From the human T2T-CHM13v2.0 reference genome, Homo sapiens, in assembly GCA_009914755.4 (NCBI GenBank), contig CP086569.2:24992001-25056000 (forward strand): 64,000 bases of DNA. Direction: 5' to 3'. A model generated the notes under the pieces. That model saw only the letters and a list, made by a program, of their open reading frames with translations. It made no database searches and was not told the DNA's origin. Each line of letters begins with the position of its first letter. Position 1 is the first letter of the stretch. Below, one piece after another: positions 13,472-25,746 of the stretch. Made by a program: the position numbers and the translations under genes.

Positions 13472-15342
13472 ATGGATTCCCAGGAGTTTGAGGTTGAAAC
13501 TATTGTTGACAAAAGACAAGGAAAAAATGTGAATATAGAGTATTTGGTTAAGTGGAAAGCTTATGACAAGCAGTATGACACTTGGGAACCAAAGCAGCAC
13601 CTCATGAACTGTGAAAAATGTATGATTTTAACAGACGACAGACTGAAAAACAGAAAAAAAAATACATGGACCAGAGCAAGTAGAACTTTTTCAAACCATA
13701 CTAGAGGAACTTCCAGATCTACCAACCCCAAGTTTTCTAAGAACTCTCCTAACATGCTAGTGACTGGCAAACACCACAAATCCAAAAACAGCCAGTTATT
13801 TGCTGCCAGCAAGAATGTTAGGAGAAAGGCAGCTTCACTTCTCTTTGACACAAGAATATGGAGCCAGTAAACTCAACTATGAAGACATTTGCACCTCACA
13901 GTCCCTTTAACAAGAAAACTGTGAGTGGCTTTCAGGAGCTTGAGAAACTGGACCCCTTTATGGTAGATCTGCAGGACACAGTGGTCTTCAAGGGGATAGA
14001 AGGGAAGCCCATCAGGACTTTATCAGGTTCTGGTGCAGAACAGGTTGGAATAGAGAACAGGACCCAGATACACCTGCTAATGTCTCAGATGTCTGGCTCA
14101 CTTACTGCTTCCTTGGCCACAGGCTCAGCTACCAAAAAAAGGTATAGTGACATTAACAGACCCATTAGCAGCCAATAGAACAACAGACATGCATACATCA
14201 GTTCCAAGAGGGAAATGAGGGCAAATAAATGTCACTGATGATGGCAGAGACCAGCCTTTTATCAAGAAGATGTACTTCACTATAAGGCTAACAGAAAATT
14301 CCAGCACATACAGACACATTCTCGTGAAGAAAGAGGATGGATTCACCCAAATATCGCTATCAACTCAATCGACAGAAAAATATGCAGTGAATACAGAAGT
14401 ACTTAAAGAAATGGTTAATGCTCTGAATAGGGATGTTGTGGATGACAGCAAGCTTGTGCTGTTCTGTGCAGCTGGAAATGTCTTTTGCTATGGTCTTGAT
14501 TTTGGGTACTTTGTGAAGCACTTAAGGAATGACAGAGAGCAAGCCTTGAGATTGTGGACACCATCAAGAACTTTGTGAATACTTTTATTCAATTTAAAAA
14601 GCCTATTGTTGTATCAGTCAATGGCCCTGTCACTGGACTAGGTGAATCCATACTGCCTCTTCGTGATCTCGTGTGGGCTAATGAAAAGTCTTGGTTCCAA
14701 ACCTCTTATGCAGCTTTTGGACACAGTCCAGATGGCTGTTCTACTGTTACATTTTCAAAAATGATGGGTGAAGCATCTGCCAATGAAATATTAATGCTGG
14801 GCAAAAGCTGACAGCATGGGAGGCATGTGCCAAACGCCTGGTCTCTCAAGCGTTTTTGACTGCAACTTTCACCCAAGGGGTTGTGATTCAAATTAAGGAG
14901 CTTGCCTCATGTAATCAAGATGCACTGGAAGAATGTATGGCTCTTGTTCACTGTAATATTAAGATGGAGTTGGAGGTGCTGAGGAAGATATGGGGTCAGC
15001 ACAAGGGATAGAATCCATGTTGAAGTGGCCGGTCACGGTGACTCACGCCTGTAATCCCTGCACTTTGGGAGGCCAAGGTGGGTGGATCATGAGGTCAGGA
15101 GATCGAGACCATCCTGGCTAACATGGTGAAACCCGGTCTCTACAAAAAATATGCAAAAAAATTAGCCAGGTGTGGTAATGGGAGCCTGTACTCCCTGCTA
15201 CTTGGGAGGCTGAGGCAGGAGAATGGCATGAACGCAGGAGGCAGAGCTTGCAGTGAGCCAAAATCGCACCACTGCACTAAAAAAAAAAAAAAAAAAGGAA
15301 TCCTTGTTTAAGTATGTGTAGAATAAAACTGATGAGATTTAG
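13472..15342 (+). pseudogene. CDY-like: CDY (chromodomain protein Y-linked) family processed pseudogene: intronless, with at least 3 frameshifts, an internal stop codon and an Alu insertion
   Basis: ORF fragments across three frames match CDY/CDYL. The matches include [50 protein letters not shown] (the chromodomain), [124 protein letters not shown] (an enoyl-CoA hydratase-like domain), TIKNFVNTFIQFKKPIVVSVNGPVTGLGESILPL and WANEKSWFQT..SPDGCS. The C-terminal GIESMLK is interrupted by the Alu, and afterwards YV*NKTDEI* carries a TAG where the parent has a sense codon. The sequence is closer to Y-linked CDY than to autosomal CDYL. Confidence 0.85.
15027..15296 (+). mobile_element. full-length Alu (AluS/Y-like) inserted into the CDY pseudogene 3' coding region
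   Basis: The element reads ggccggtcacggtgactcacgcctgtaatccc ... gcactaaaaaaaaaaaaaaaaaa. It is flanked by a 16 bp target-site duplication: gaatccatgttgaagt at 15011-15026 and gaatccttgtttaagt at 15298-15313. Confidence 0.9.
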
Positions 15343-17574
15343 TTGTCAGTCTGTCTGCTCAGGACACAAGAACTAAGCTGAAACAAATGCATAAGGATTT
15401 GCTGTCTTCATTGCCCAAAACAATTTCAATCACAGCTAAGGCTTGGAAAGAGAATTGGAAAGATCCAAGCTATGTATTTAAATTATCAAGGCATTTTTAA
15501 GCACTGCAACATTAAATGAGTAATAAAACAGCTTATTTGCCCAAATGTGATTATTTTATGCACATATAAGACCAAATACAAAAGCAGACTGATGGGTACT
15601 AGACTGCCCTAATTTGTGTCTATGGCTACTACTATATATATAACCAGAATTGTGTTTTATTAGATGTGGATGACAGATAATTCTGTAATAGTGTTTATTT
15701 TTCTCATTTTTATATCCTAGAATACAGAGTCTACTGGGGTATGAGGCAGCCTCAGCTTCCCTACCACAAAGAAAGGCACAGAACTATCAGAGATGGTGCC
15801 TTTGACTTTATAGTGGCACAAATACTTCAGAGACACAAAATTATAAATTAAAAATCTTATCTTTTAGAATAAATATTTCTGACACAAAATTCACTGATCA
15901 TTCTCCTAAACTGAACATATGATTCAAATTTTTGTTGAGATATCACTTGATTTTCTTTTCTATTATAAATGTCTAATTGTTACCCAGTTGACAAAAGAAT
16001 ATTTATCTGTCTAAAGTAAAACTTGTTGCACCCTATTAGTGAATTATGGAATCATTTTTGTGGAAATATCCAAGTTCTAAACTTTATAATGTACAGATTT
16101 AGTTTTAGGTTAACTTGGAGTATGTTCTAGTTAATAAGTTAAAATTATGGACACATTACTAAAGGCAGAAACTTCCTTCAAAACAAATAAAAGCCCCCTA
16201 CACTCTGTATGAAATTTGAAATTATCATTGTCTGTTGTTATGTGCACACAATTTTCTAGAACATTGTATGTGTTCAGCTACCCAGAAGCTCTCTGAATCC
16301 TGTTCTGTACGTTTTTATGGAGGCTCCATTGCATAGGCATAATTGAACAATCCAGTGGCCACTGGTGAGGAATTTCACCTTTGGCTCAGGAACTCTAGGG
16401 TGTCACTTCGACAGCCAAGAATCTCTGTGGATGATGGCACCTTTGCGCAAGTTTCTCTTGAGCCTGCTTTCTAATTGTGCAAACCCATCTTGCAGGCTGC
16501 ACTCAGCTCAAACTATGGGCTTAGGTTTCATTTCACTATGGATGCGCCAGGCACAGAATGGAGGCAGATGTATGAGTAAGTGATGGTTGAGCCCATCCAC
16601 TTCACACAGCTAGGCATATTATCTGGTATCAGACAAGCAGGTCAGGTGCTGGTACAGGTGACAGCTCCCTGCAAATTTTTAGGTGAATCAGCCATACCAC
16701 AAGCTTTCTTTTCTGCAGGCACTGAAGAAGGCAGTGGAATCCAGATACATAGAAATGACAGAAACTGCAGAGATCCAAAGGTGTTGTCACAGCCCTGGCT
16801 TGGGAAAGGTTTGGATCTGGGCCCTTTTAAGGGCCAAAGCCCTGCTTTCTTTTTTCTTTCTTTCTTTATTTTTTTTAACTTATCTATGGAATCACTAGGG
16901 CTCAAATTAAGGCTTTCAAAGGGCTCTCTGTCTTGCTACTGGAAATTAGGATCTTATCTTTTCTTCACTCAGTCTCTCTTTCACTGCTTTGCATTTATTA
17001 TGACATGCTATAGAACAAATGCTGTTTGCCACAGCATCTTTCTGTTGCCTGCAGGGCTGTCTATTTCACAGAAGCAGTAAGATTTTGGCTTAGGAATAAC
17101 ATAACATCTTCCTATGGAGGATGAGATAAAAAAGCTAGATATTAGAAAGTCTCTCTATATAAACTGAGGTATCAGAAAACTTCCCCACATCTTAATTTAT
17201 TTGTTTAAGGTACTGTAATGAAAAAGAAACTTGCACTTTACAGACAACTCATTCATTGGGCATTTCCTATAGGGGTAGTAATGGACTTGGAGGGTTGGAT
17301 GTTAAAATTGGAAGATCTGATGATGATGTGACTAAAAGGTTCTCTAGATCAAGAATATGAGAAAAAGTGGGGCAACAAAATTTGCTTTTGAGAGTTTCCA
17401 GGGTGAATGTTTCTCCGATGTTTGGTAGCTGCTTACTGTGGGCTTTTCTGATATAACTGCTAAGAAGGCATGAACAATTTTACAATAGTTACAAAGATTT
17501 GGGTTGCTTCACAGGGCAAAAATGCTTTGCACATAGGCAACTTCAAACAATTTGCCTTCCCACCCTCAGAAACT

Positions 17575-18330
17575 ATCTAGGTCTTCAATAATATTGAGAA
17601 TGAAAAGCTACATAATTATCGATTACTGGTAAAATTTTGACAAGCAGAGAAACAGCCTGAAAAATCAGGCTGCAGACACAAATTGAAGAATCCTGCACAA
17701 TCCTGTGGCCCATGCAAATAAATAAAATATCCAACTTTGTGTGTGTGGGGGCTTAAGACATGCACACAGTTACTCAGATTAAAAAAACAAACAAAAAAAA
17801 AAAACATGATCCTACATTAAAATGCTGTTTTTTGTATAACCAGAGGGCTTCCAGGAATTACTCTCTCTCTCTCTCTTTTTCTGGACATGTACACATTGGC
17901 CTCTAGTGTGTTACAAAGGGTACCTTACATTAGTAAACATGCTTTAGACTCTGAGCCAAGTTTCTTTAAATTATCAATTGAACCTCCGGTCCTACGCCAA
18001 TGTCCCAGCCATGCTTTCACTTTACCTCTTGTGTGGCTCAGGGCCAAGTTCCTGACCCACGCTGATTCATTACTTCAGCTATTAATAGTTCCAGGCTCAA
18101 GGTCCCAGAAAAGAAGAGTAGTGCTTTCTTCAAGACTAGTTAGTGCATTTTCTTTCTTCCATAAAGATATCAGACTCTCCATCAAAGTGGGCAACTAAAT
18201 CTACTCCTCCAGAAGTTAATGTATTAAACATTTCCTATAATCTCACCTTTTGCATTCATAATTTTTAATTTTCTTGGGGTTAAAAAAATTCTGTGTGACA
18301 CCTCAAAATGAGAGAATGATACATTGTGGT
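17575..18330 (+). repeat. unclassified dispersed repeat (R-unit), copy B
   Basis: This copy shares gaaacagcctgaaaaatcaggctgcagacac, tagtgctttcttcaagac and ttctgtgtgacacctcaaaatgagag with copies A and C. Confidence 0.5.
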
Positions 18331-18401
18331 GCATTAGGGGACTGCAAGGTTTGTTTTTGGTTCATGGACCTGGAAAGGGCTTAATTAAAAAAGTCAGTAG
18401 G

Positions 18402-18702
18402 GGATGGGCATGTGGACTCATGCCTGTAATCCCAGAACTTTGGCAGATCAAGGTGGGCAAATTAAGATTAGGTCAAGATCCAGATCATCCTTTCTAACAT
18501 GGTGAAAACCCCTGTCTACTAATAATACAAAAAATTAGCCAGGTGTGGTGGTGGGCAACTGCAGTCCAAGATACTCTGTAGGCTAAGGCAAGAGAATGGC
18601 ATAAACCCAGGAGGCAGAGCTTGCAGTTAGCCAAGATCACACCACTGCACACCAGCCTAAGTGACAGAGTGAGACTCTGTCAAAAAAAAATAAAATTAAA
18701 TT
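18402..18702 (+). mobile_element. full-length Alu
   Basis: The element reads gggatgggcatgtggactcatgcctgtaatcccagaactttgg ... gagactctgtcaaaaaaaaa. It is flanked by the target-site duplication aaagtcagtagg at 18390-18401 and 18703-18714. Confidence 0.9.
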
Positions 18703-21135
18703 AAAGTCAGTAGGAGTGCACTTCCAAACTATTTACATTCATATCTGCAGCTTGTCCTCATTTTTTTTTATTTTTAATTTTTGAAGAGCAAGAAAATTCT
18801 GGGCCAGTGTCAGGTAAAATCTGATATACTGCCTGCCATTCTTACAAAGCTTAGGAGAAAGCGATGCCGGGAGACACATTGGCAGTCTCCTTTCACCCTC
18901 CGCTGTTGAAAATATTGCCTCTTTTCTAACTGTTTTCTTTCACAGAGGATTTAAGTGTCACATGGGACTGAGAGGATATCTAAGGTAGCTGAAGATTTCT
19001 GGTTAAGACTGCACTATGGTGTTATGTGAAGTCCCAAAAGTAACTCCAGTTTCTGACAACCCATCAAAGTGGTGCCATTAAAACTCCAGACTTTTCTGTT
19101 GCATTTTTTTTTTGTCATTGTGTGGCTAGTGTGTCTCCTATTTCTTCTTTGTATGCAATATTGTGACCTGGAGATATAATCTTACTGGGAAAAGTAAGTG
19201 GATGTCATAGTAATTAGAAATGTAATTCAAACACTTGCAAAACAAGAAGAATCCAAAATTGTAGTTTAAAAATTTTTATTTGGTAAGAGTCTTTTTGTTC
19301 CCTGACGATAGATATTCATGCACTGTATGGAATGGCAAACATTTAAATAAAATTTCTCTTTTTGGATGCTTATTTGTCTTTAAAAAGCTCAGCACTGCCA
19401 TATATATCTAAACAGTTTCTTTTTGAGACACATGATTTTTTCTGCACAGACATACTGTGGGACAGGTGATAGAGTGTTAACTTTCTTTTTCTAACTTTTG
19501 ACTATATAAACCTAGGATTCATCACTTTCATGTGACGTTTTAGATCTTAAAATGCCACCTACTGAGATGAGATTTTTCTCTGTGGGAAGCCTTGTCAGTA
19601 CTTTGCACAAAACTTTTGGTTTTTTAACTCCTCCCTTTCCTGTGTCTTTCTAACAGTAATAAGACTCTCTGCCCTATCTGAAAACAGAAAATTTCCACTT
19701 TCACTAATCGGAAAGAAGGTGCCTTTTAGAGACATATTCTAGCTAAGTGCTGTCTTATGAAAGCCAGCCATGCTAGCTTTACATGTTTTGAGTCACACAT
19801 TCTTCTTCCAGCAGCACTGACGTTTAAACTAAAAGAGAATTTTATGTTTCAAAGTCAGTTGATCTTATTTCCTGGAATTTCAATGTTTTTCTAGGGCCAT
19901 ATCAAAAGAAGCCAGAAATAGTACTAAAAGTCTTACTCTATATAATGGTCTTGCTCGAATCCAATAACTATATAATCTTTTTTTAGGTTCCCAAGTTACT
20001 TTGAGAATCTTCTGGGTTGAATAGGCTTAGGAAACCAACAAAGAGTCACCAGTGGAGAGCTAAAGCCCCGCAGGTAAACATTACTTGTCCTGCTGTCTAG
20101 CTTCTCTGGAACTGTGGGTGAAGGTTTGGCTTGCCTCCATGGGGGACACCTATGTCAGTCACCAGACTCAGGAAAGACAAGACGAACACAAAAACAAGGA
20201 ACATCCTATCTATCTTTTTATTCAGTGAGAGCTACTTCAAAAGGGGGAAAAGGAGTATGGGATGCTTTCTCTATATATTTCTTTAGAAAGTTCACAAACA
20301 ATCTGCAATGTGCAACTCTCTAGATTACATTTTGAAATACAGACATTTAATTGACTATGAGACTCTGAAAAAGAAAGTGGCTTATGTATTTCTTTGTTTA
20401 TTTATTGCTGAAGGGCACGACAATCTTACCAGCTCCAGGACAGACAGGCCTAGCTTTCTGAAGGAAGTGTTCATTTTAGTACTATTCAACAGTTACATCT
20501 TTTCTTCAGATGGCAAAGAAAAGAGTTTGATTTTTTATTTTTTTTGTACATGCTTACTTCTACTTGGGAGAATCCACATCTTTAAGAGCATTGTAAAACT
20601 GACTCTGCCCTCTTGGCAGTCATATCAGGCAAGTTTCAAGGAGATAATTCATTAAAGTCAGAGACCAACCCATGAGGAACACTCAAATGTAACTTCCAAA
20701 TACCCTAACTGCAACCCTTATTTAGAACCTCCAATAGCAATTTTATCAGCTTGTCTTATTTTTGCCACTAAAGAAACCCCCAACTTCACTGTTGCCCCTG
20801 CAGGAAATACTCCATAGAAGTGATACTAGTAGAGTACAAGTTTTCTACTCATTTCAGGGACTTAGAAAAATAATGGAAAACCTAAGCAAGTATCTCTGAT
20901 GAACCTGATTGATATACAGAGGCATTTCAAAATCTAACTCAAGTGTTTAATCATAACTGAAGAGATGACACATTATTCCTAAACTAAACCATAACCATTG
21001 CCCTAAAGCAGACGTTTTTACAGAGAGTAGAATTATCCATGGATGAACCACATGTCTTTTATAAAATCTTGAAAAATGGAGGGTGTAAAGGAAAAAAAAA
21101 TGTTGAACCGGTAACAGAATACTTATAAAACTCCT

Positions 21136-21167
21136 CTATTGTTTATTGTTTATATATATATACACTC

Positions 21168-21217
<50 letters not shown>

Positions 21218-21636
21218 TCCTGTATATATATATATATATATACACTCTTGTATATATATATATTCCTGTACATATATATGTATACTCTTGTATATATATA
21301 TACTCCTGTATATACATATATATACACTCCTGTATATACATATATATACACTCCTGTATATACATATATATATACACTCCTGTATATATATATGTATACT
21401 CCTGTGTATATATATGTATATTCCTGTATATATATACTCCTGTATATATATATACTCCTGTATATATATGTACCCTGTATGTATATATATACTCCTGTAT
21501 ATATATGTACTCCTGTATATATATATACTCCTGTATATATATATACTCTTCTGTATATATATATACTCCTGTATATATATATATACTCCTGTATATATAT
21601 ATATATATATTCCTGTATATATGTATATATATATTC

Positions 21637-21699
<63 letters not shown>

Positions 21700-21700
21700 A
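21136..21700. repeat. complex TA-rich minisatellite (~20-22 bp units, approximately tatatatatacactcctgta, about 25 copies) ending in (GA)n
   Basis: The motif (ta)n-cactcctg/tactcctg repeats throughout. Six overlapping ORFs on both strands encode YIYIYI/IYTPV peptides, which are repeat artefacts. A (GA)15 run lies at 21669-21699. Confidence 0.9.
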
Positions 21701-22079
21701 CATACATGAAGGCTTATGAAGAAACAGAACAAAACTTCTTAATTACTCTAAACTACTCATAATATGTTGAAACTACATAAAAATTACTTAGTCTTTTTTA
21801 ACATCCCGAGAGATGCTTTAGTGAAACACATTTTTCTATCTCCCTATTGAGTTAAGAGAGAGTTAATCTTTAGAGAAAACTTTATTACTCAAGCAGACCC
21901 TGACATCAAAAGAAAGCTGCAAATCATGTCATAGGTTCAGATAATATTGTGGTTTTAGCAATGCATCAAGATATAACAGCCTTTCTTTCATTTGAGATAA
22001 CACCATGAGTCTTTTATTTTACATTTAAAATTAATGACTGTAAACACGGGAAAATGTTGGGAGCAAAAGTTTAAATAAG

Positions 22080-22810
22080 TGGCAAAATAAGCTGTCAGCA
22101 GAGCTATAAGCTTGAATAAGTCATCCACTGGAGTGTAAGGTTTTTATGGCCTAAAAAATAAAGATATATGCTTAGTTTGCAAGTTGTCTTGGAGAATGTG
22201 TGACTTAGCTTTGCCCAGGCCCAGGACTTGTTAGCTTAGCCCAGGAACTCTGCCTGGGAGCTGTCTGAAGGAATAATTTGTAATCACTGCTTAGCTTGGC
22301 CCAGGACCTATCATGAGCTAAAGTAAGAACTTGTCCTGGGATGCTGGCTCAGGACCAATCAGGGACAGAAGTGATGATTCACATGGGTTGAGTAAACAGT
22401 CAAAAACAAAAAGAAAGAATCCAGCTGGTACCCACTAGATCCCACTGGATTTATGTCCACAGGAAAAAAAAAGAAACTTTATTTTTTGGAAGCTCTCTGA
22501 GTATACAGAGAACAGCATTTCTATGCCAGGCATTGTTTCCCCATCTGAGTGAGTCAGAGTTTTGTAAAAGCTTTTATCTGAATGGATGGCAGGTTCTATT
22601 ATCTGTGTCACTGCAGCCATGTTATCAGGCATAACCTTCTGTGTTAGATCTCTTACTGGTGCCCACACCTTTTTTTTTTTTTTGGTCTGATTATAATGTT
22701 ATATTGGAATCAGGCCCTTACCTATGGACTTGGGTCTTCCAGGGACCTTTTCCTTGCTCTTTACACAGGGAAAGCTAGCTAAGTTGTCTTTGTACTCCCA
22801 CAGAAATGAA
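22080..22810 (+). repeat. unclassified ~0.75 kb ERV/LTR-like repeat, direct copy 1 of 3
   Basis: Conserved blocks are shared with 27390-28150 and 31330-31910. They include gtgtgacttagctttgcccagg ~ gtgtggcttagttctgcctggg ~ gtgattcagctgggcctgg, cccatctgagtgagtcagagttttgtaaaagcttttatctgaatgg ~ cccatttgagtaagcttgaagtttccag ~ cacagtgaggccgagttttgtgcaagacttttatctgaattg, and ccagggaccttttccttgctc ~ ccagggaccctttccttgctg. Confidence 0.5.
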
Positions 22811-23715
22811 AACTTTAACTGCTCTTAGGAAATTGGGCATTGGTCTTTCCGGCTACTTGTTACTGGAGAAGAGTGTCATGTAGAAAACAATAGGTAGGAT
22901 TCCACTGAGAGTTGGTTTAGGTATTTGTAGAAGAAAGGCATGCTAATGCATGGTTTTATTTGCATTACATATTAAAGCATGATAGACTTTAGGCAATAAA
23001 AAGATAGTTTGGATTATTAGAAAACACATCACAACTAGACAAGGAGAGTGAGAATACCTTAAATACCTCAAGGCTGCTGACGTGCTCAGATAACAGGCTG
23101 CTTTATTTATCCGTGTTAAGATTTGATTACATGAGACTTGGGTTTACTTACCTTTCTTGACTTTATTTTCCAAAATGAAAATACTGTGTTACAGGTACCC
23201 TATTTTTTAATTACCTGAAAATATTTGTGGAATGCTTTCATGCTTGCACAAAATTAGAATATTGTTATAGATTTATCTATTACTCATATTTTTTCTGTTT
23301 TCCAAGAACTGTAGCTGGACATCACCAGTTGGCTCAAAGAAACAAAAAGATTCATTAAAATTGAAAGATGAGATGAGAAGTTAGTGACAGAGGTGTAGTA
23401 GACTGTGAAACATATATATTTCTTATAGTCCTGATTTTTGTTAAAAATAAATCACGATAAAAGAAAGTTGTTTGCAAAACAGACTTGTCTACACTTAGCC
23501 AGACTATTTTTGTATAGTGCTGCAAGAAATAATTTTACATGTGCTTTCCTCATTGGCTTTTTATGAAACTCTATCTTACAGGGAATCTTAAATGAGACAT
23601 TATAAAACTGAGCCCGGCCGTAGGTTTGTACCCTTAGATACATATCACCTGGGTAAGCTCCTCTATTTTGTGAGGCTCCAAGTGCATGAAGTTCCTGGGC
23701 CTGAAACAAAGTGGC

Positions 23716-23743
23716 AGTTTTGTTTGTTTGTTTGTTTGTTTTT
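23716..23743. repeat. (GTTT)n microsatellite
   Basis: The run gttttgtttgtttgtttgtttgttttt is visible directly. Confidence 0.8.
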
Positions 23744-25746
23744 ACTTACAAAGTGGTTAGAAAACCTGTATTGGGATTGTGTAAACAAAGTATATGGCCA
23801 GTTTTCCCAAGGGGCTTTTATTGTTTCTAGAGGTCAAATTTAATTCATTTAAGAAGACACACTCTTCCAGTCAAACCCTGAGAAAATCAACCAGCTTTTT
23901 CTATTGGGTTATGCTGCAAATGAAAATACATTTTTTGTTGCACCGATTCAAACAATTATATTGTTGTAAGTTAAGAATAATCACACATAGTTTCCAAATT
24001 TTAGAGGAACCAGGCACAGAGGGAAAAAAAGTATTTTCCAAGTTTTATTAACAACAGTCTATCAATGACAGTGTTAAAAACTGTAGCTAGTTTAAAAGAA
24101 AGTGTTCCTGACTTTAAAACAAAAAACAAGAGTCAGAAATATTCCAAACAAAAGGTAAAGTGATTGCTTCATTATTCTGCCGCTTTAGTCTATTTTAACA
24201 TTTGTCCTGCTTGACATTTATAAACATTTTAGCTATTCCTAAATTCTGTGCATTTTTCTGTTGTAAAAAACCTGCAGTTGAGACGACCTGGAAAACTTCT
24301 AGAGCTAATTATAAACCCTTATTCTTGAGGGAGATTAAATGTTTATAAATGACAACATATCTAGGGTGGTTAGAAACAGAATAGACAAAGACACTTGGTT
24401 ATGTCTGTGGTTTACAAGAGCTTAACATAATAATTTTAATTAAAATTGATAGCACATATTCAGAGATTAAGAACATTAAGAACACTATATGGTTTTGATA
24501 CTTGTGTTAATATGACTCACTGAAATATATTCTGAAAAAAATAAAATATTACCATCAAAATTACATGTATTTAAGTATGTTTTATAAATATGTTTAACTT
24601 TTTCTTTTATGCCCAGGGGCCCTCTGAAGCACCCAAAATATAGGTTTCGGAAGATTCATCCTTGAAATTAAAATTTTATGCCTGGAAGCCTGCCAAACAT
24701 TTTAGAGGATTAAGACACTTAAGATTATGAAATACAATTCCAGATTTCCATAAGTCATTTGTTTTGCCAAAATACAAAAGGTAGAAATGTTTGAAAGGGC
24801 AGAAATGTTTTATCAGCCTTCACTATTATGTAATAATCTCTTTCAGAAAGACAAATTTTACCCTTGAATTAATCTCCTCCTAATATTAACCCTAAATTTA
24901 ATGAAACCTTATGTAAAATTATGTTTAACCTTAGAAAGTTTGACCATGAAGTGAGATTTTCACAAGGTTACTACAACATTTTAATAACCTTTTACAAATT
25001 TGCTAAAGAAAGATTAGTGTTTCAAGAAATTTTTGTTGTGCTTTCATTTCAATGCTTAACTGAAGAAATAAACATAATACACTTATGAATCTAGTTACTA
25101 GGTTACAGAGGTTTTTTTGGCAATATCGAATTTTTGACAGTTATTTTTCACAGCTTGTGTAAACATTTAGATTTACTTTAGTTAATTAAAGAAAATCCTT
25201 TAACTCTAGCAAAATGCACATTTCCATGCCTTTCTATAATTTATTTTTACTACAAACACATTTTACTCTTCTACCACACCTGGTGATTAAATTTACATTC
25301 CATATTCTCAATTACGCATTATAATAATACCTTTTAACAATTAACTTGAATGTAAGACCTTATGAGTTTATAAAATGATGGGCTGGGTGCAGATAAATCT
25401 GATTTGTGACAACATTATTAAGGGAGTGTTTATTTTTATATGTCTTCGGGCCTTAGGTTGTTTTTGTTTTCCATAAGTTAAAATCACGTGAACTGAAAAG
25501 TACAAAAGCCTTTATTTTCTTGTTCAGCAAAATATTTACTTCAAGTACTTATTCTTCACTGAGTTAATGAGTCATATTTTTTAAAAAAAATACACATAAC
25601 ACATACATAACAATACAGAGAAACAGAAGTTCCAGGAGCTATAAAATTTTATTTTACCAGTTTTCCAATTGGATTATTGACCTCTGAGGCCCTTTAAGAA
25701 GTGCGCTATGAATAGTTTCCAGGGCCTAATAAAAAAGCCTCACTGA

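Larger units (their letters stand above)
11270..18390 (+). repeat. tandem segmental-duplication unit, copy B (about 7.1 kb; carries the full CDY pseudogene, an extra ~1.1 kb insert and an Alu)
   Basis: See copy A. The two units differ in length by the CDY body (~1.9 kb) plus the 11820-12920 insert (~1.1 kb), which accounts for the difference. Confidence 0.6.

Noticed and set aside
13472-15342. Possibility that the CDY homolog is an intact functional gene
   Set aside because: The homology jumps between three reading frames (ORFs 13460-13870, 13858-14178, 14270-14578, 14554-14811). A premature stop follows GKS at 14811, an Alu splits the C-terminus, and a TAG lies in the last 6 codons. No frame gives a continuous ~540 aa product.
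16580-17080. 166 aa ORF on the + strand, the longest non-repeat ORF in the first third of the window
   Set aside because: It has no recognisable domain and a low-complexity end (FFFLSFFIFFNLS). It lies in the 3' flank of the duplicated unit, where copy A (9300-9800) does not preserve the frame. It is most likely a chance ORF.
21136-21762. Six overlapping 128-207 aa ORFs on both strands
   Set aside because: They lie entirely inside the (TA)n-cactcctg minisatellite. The translations are YIYIYI/IYTPVY low-complexity peptides, which are artefacts of a stop-free repeat.
22435-22668. Minus-strand ORF in repeat copy 1 containing KSFYKTL, reminiscent of the retroviral capsid major homology region (DRFYKTLRAE)
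   Set aside because: Only a 5-residue match was found. The flanking Q-G-x2-E context is absent. The corresponding positions in copies 2 and 3 do not conserve the frame or the motif. The candidate gag-NC and PR at 32063-32509 are on the opposite (+) strand. It is most likely coincidence.
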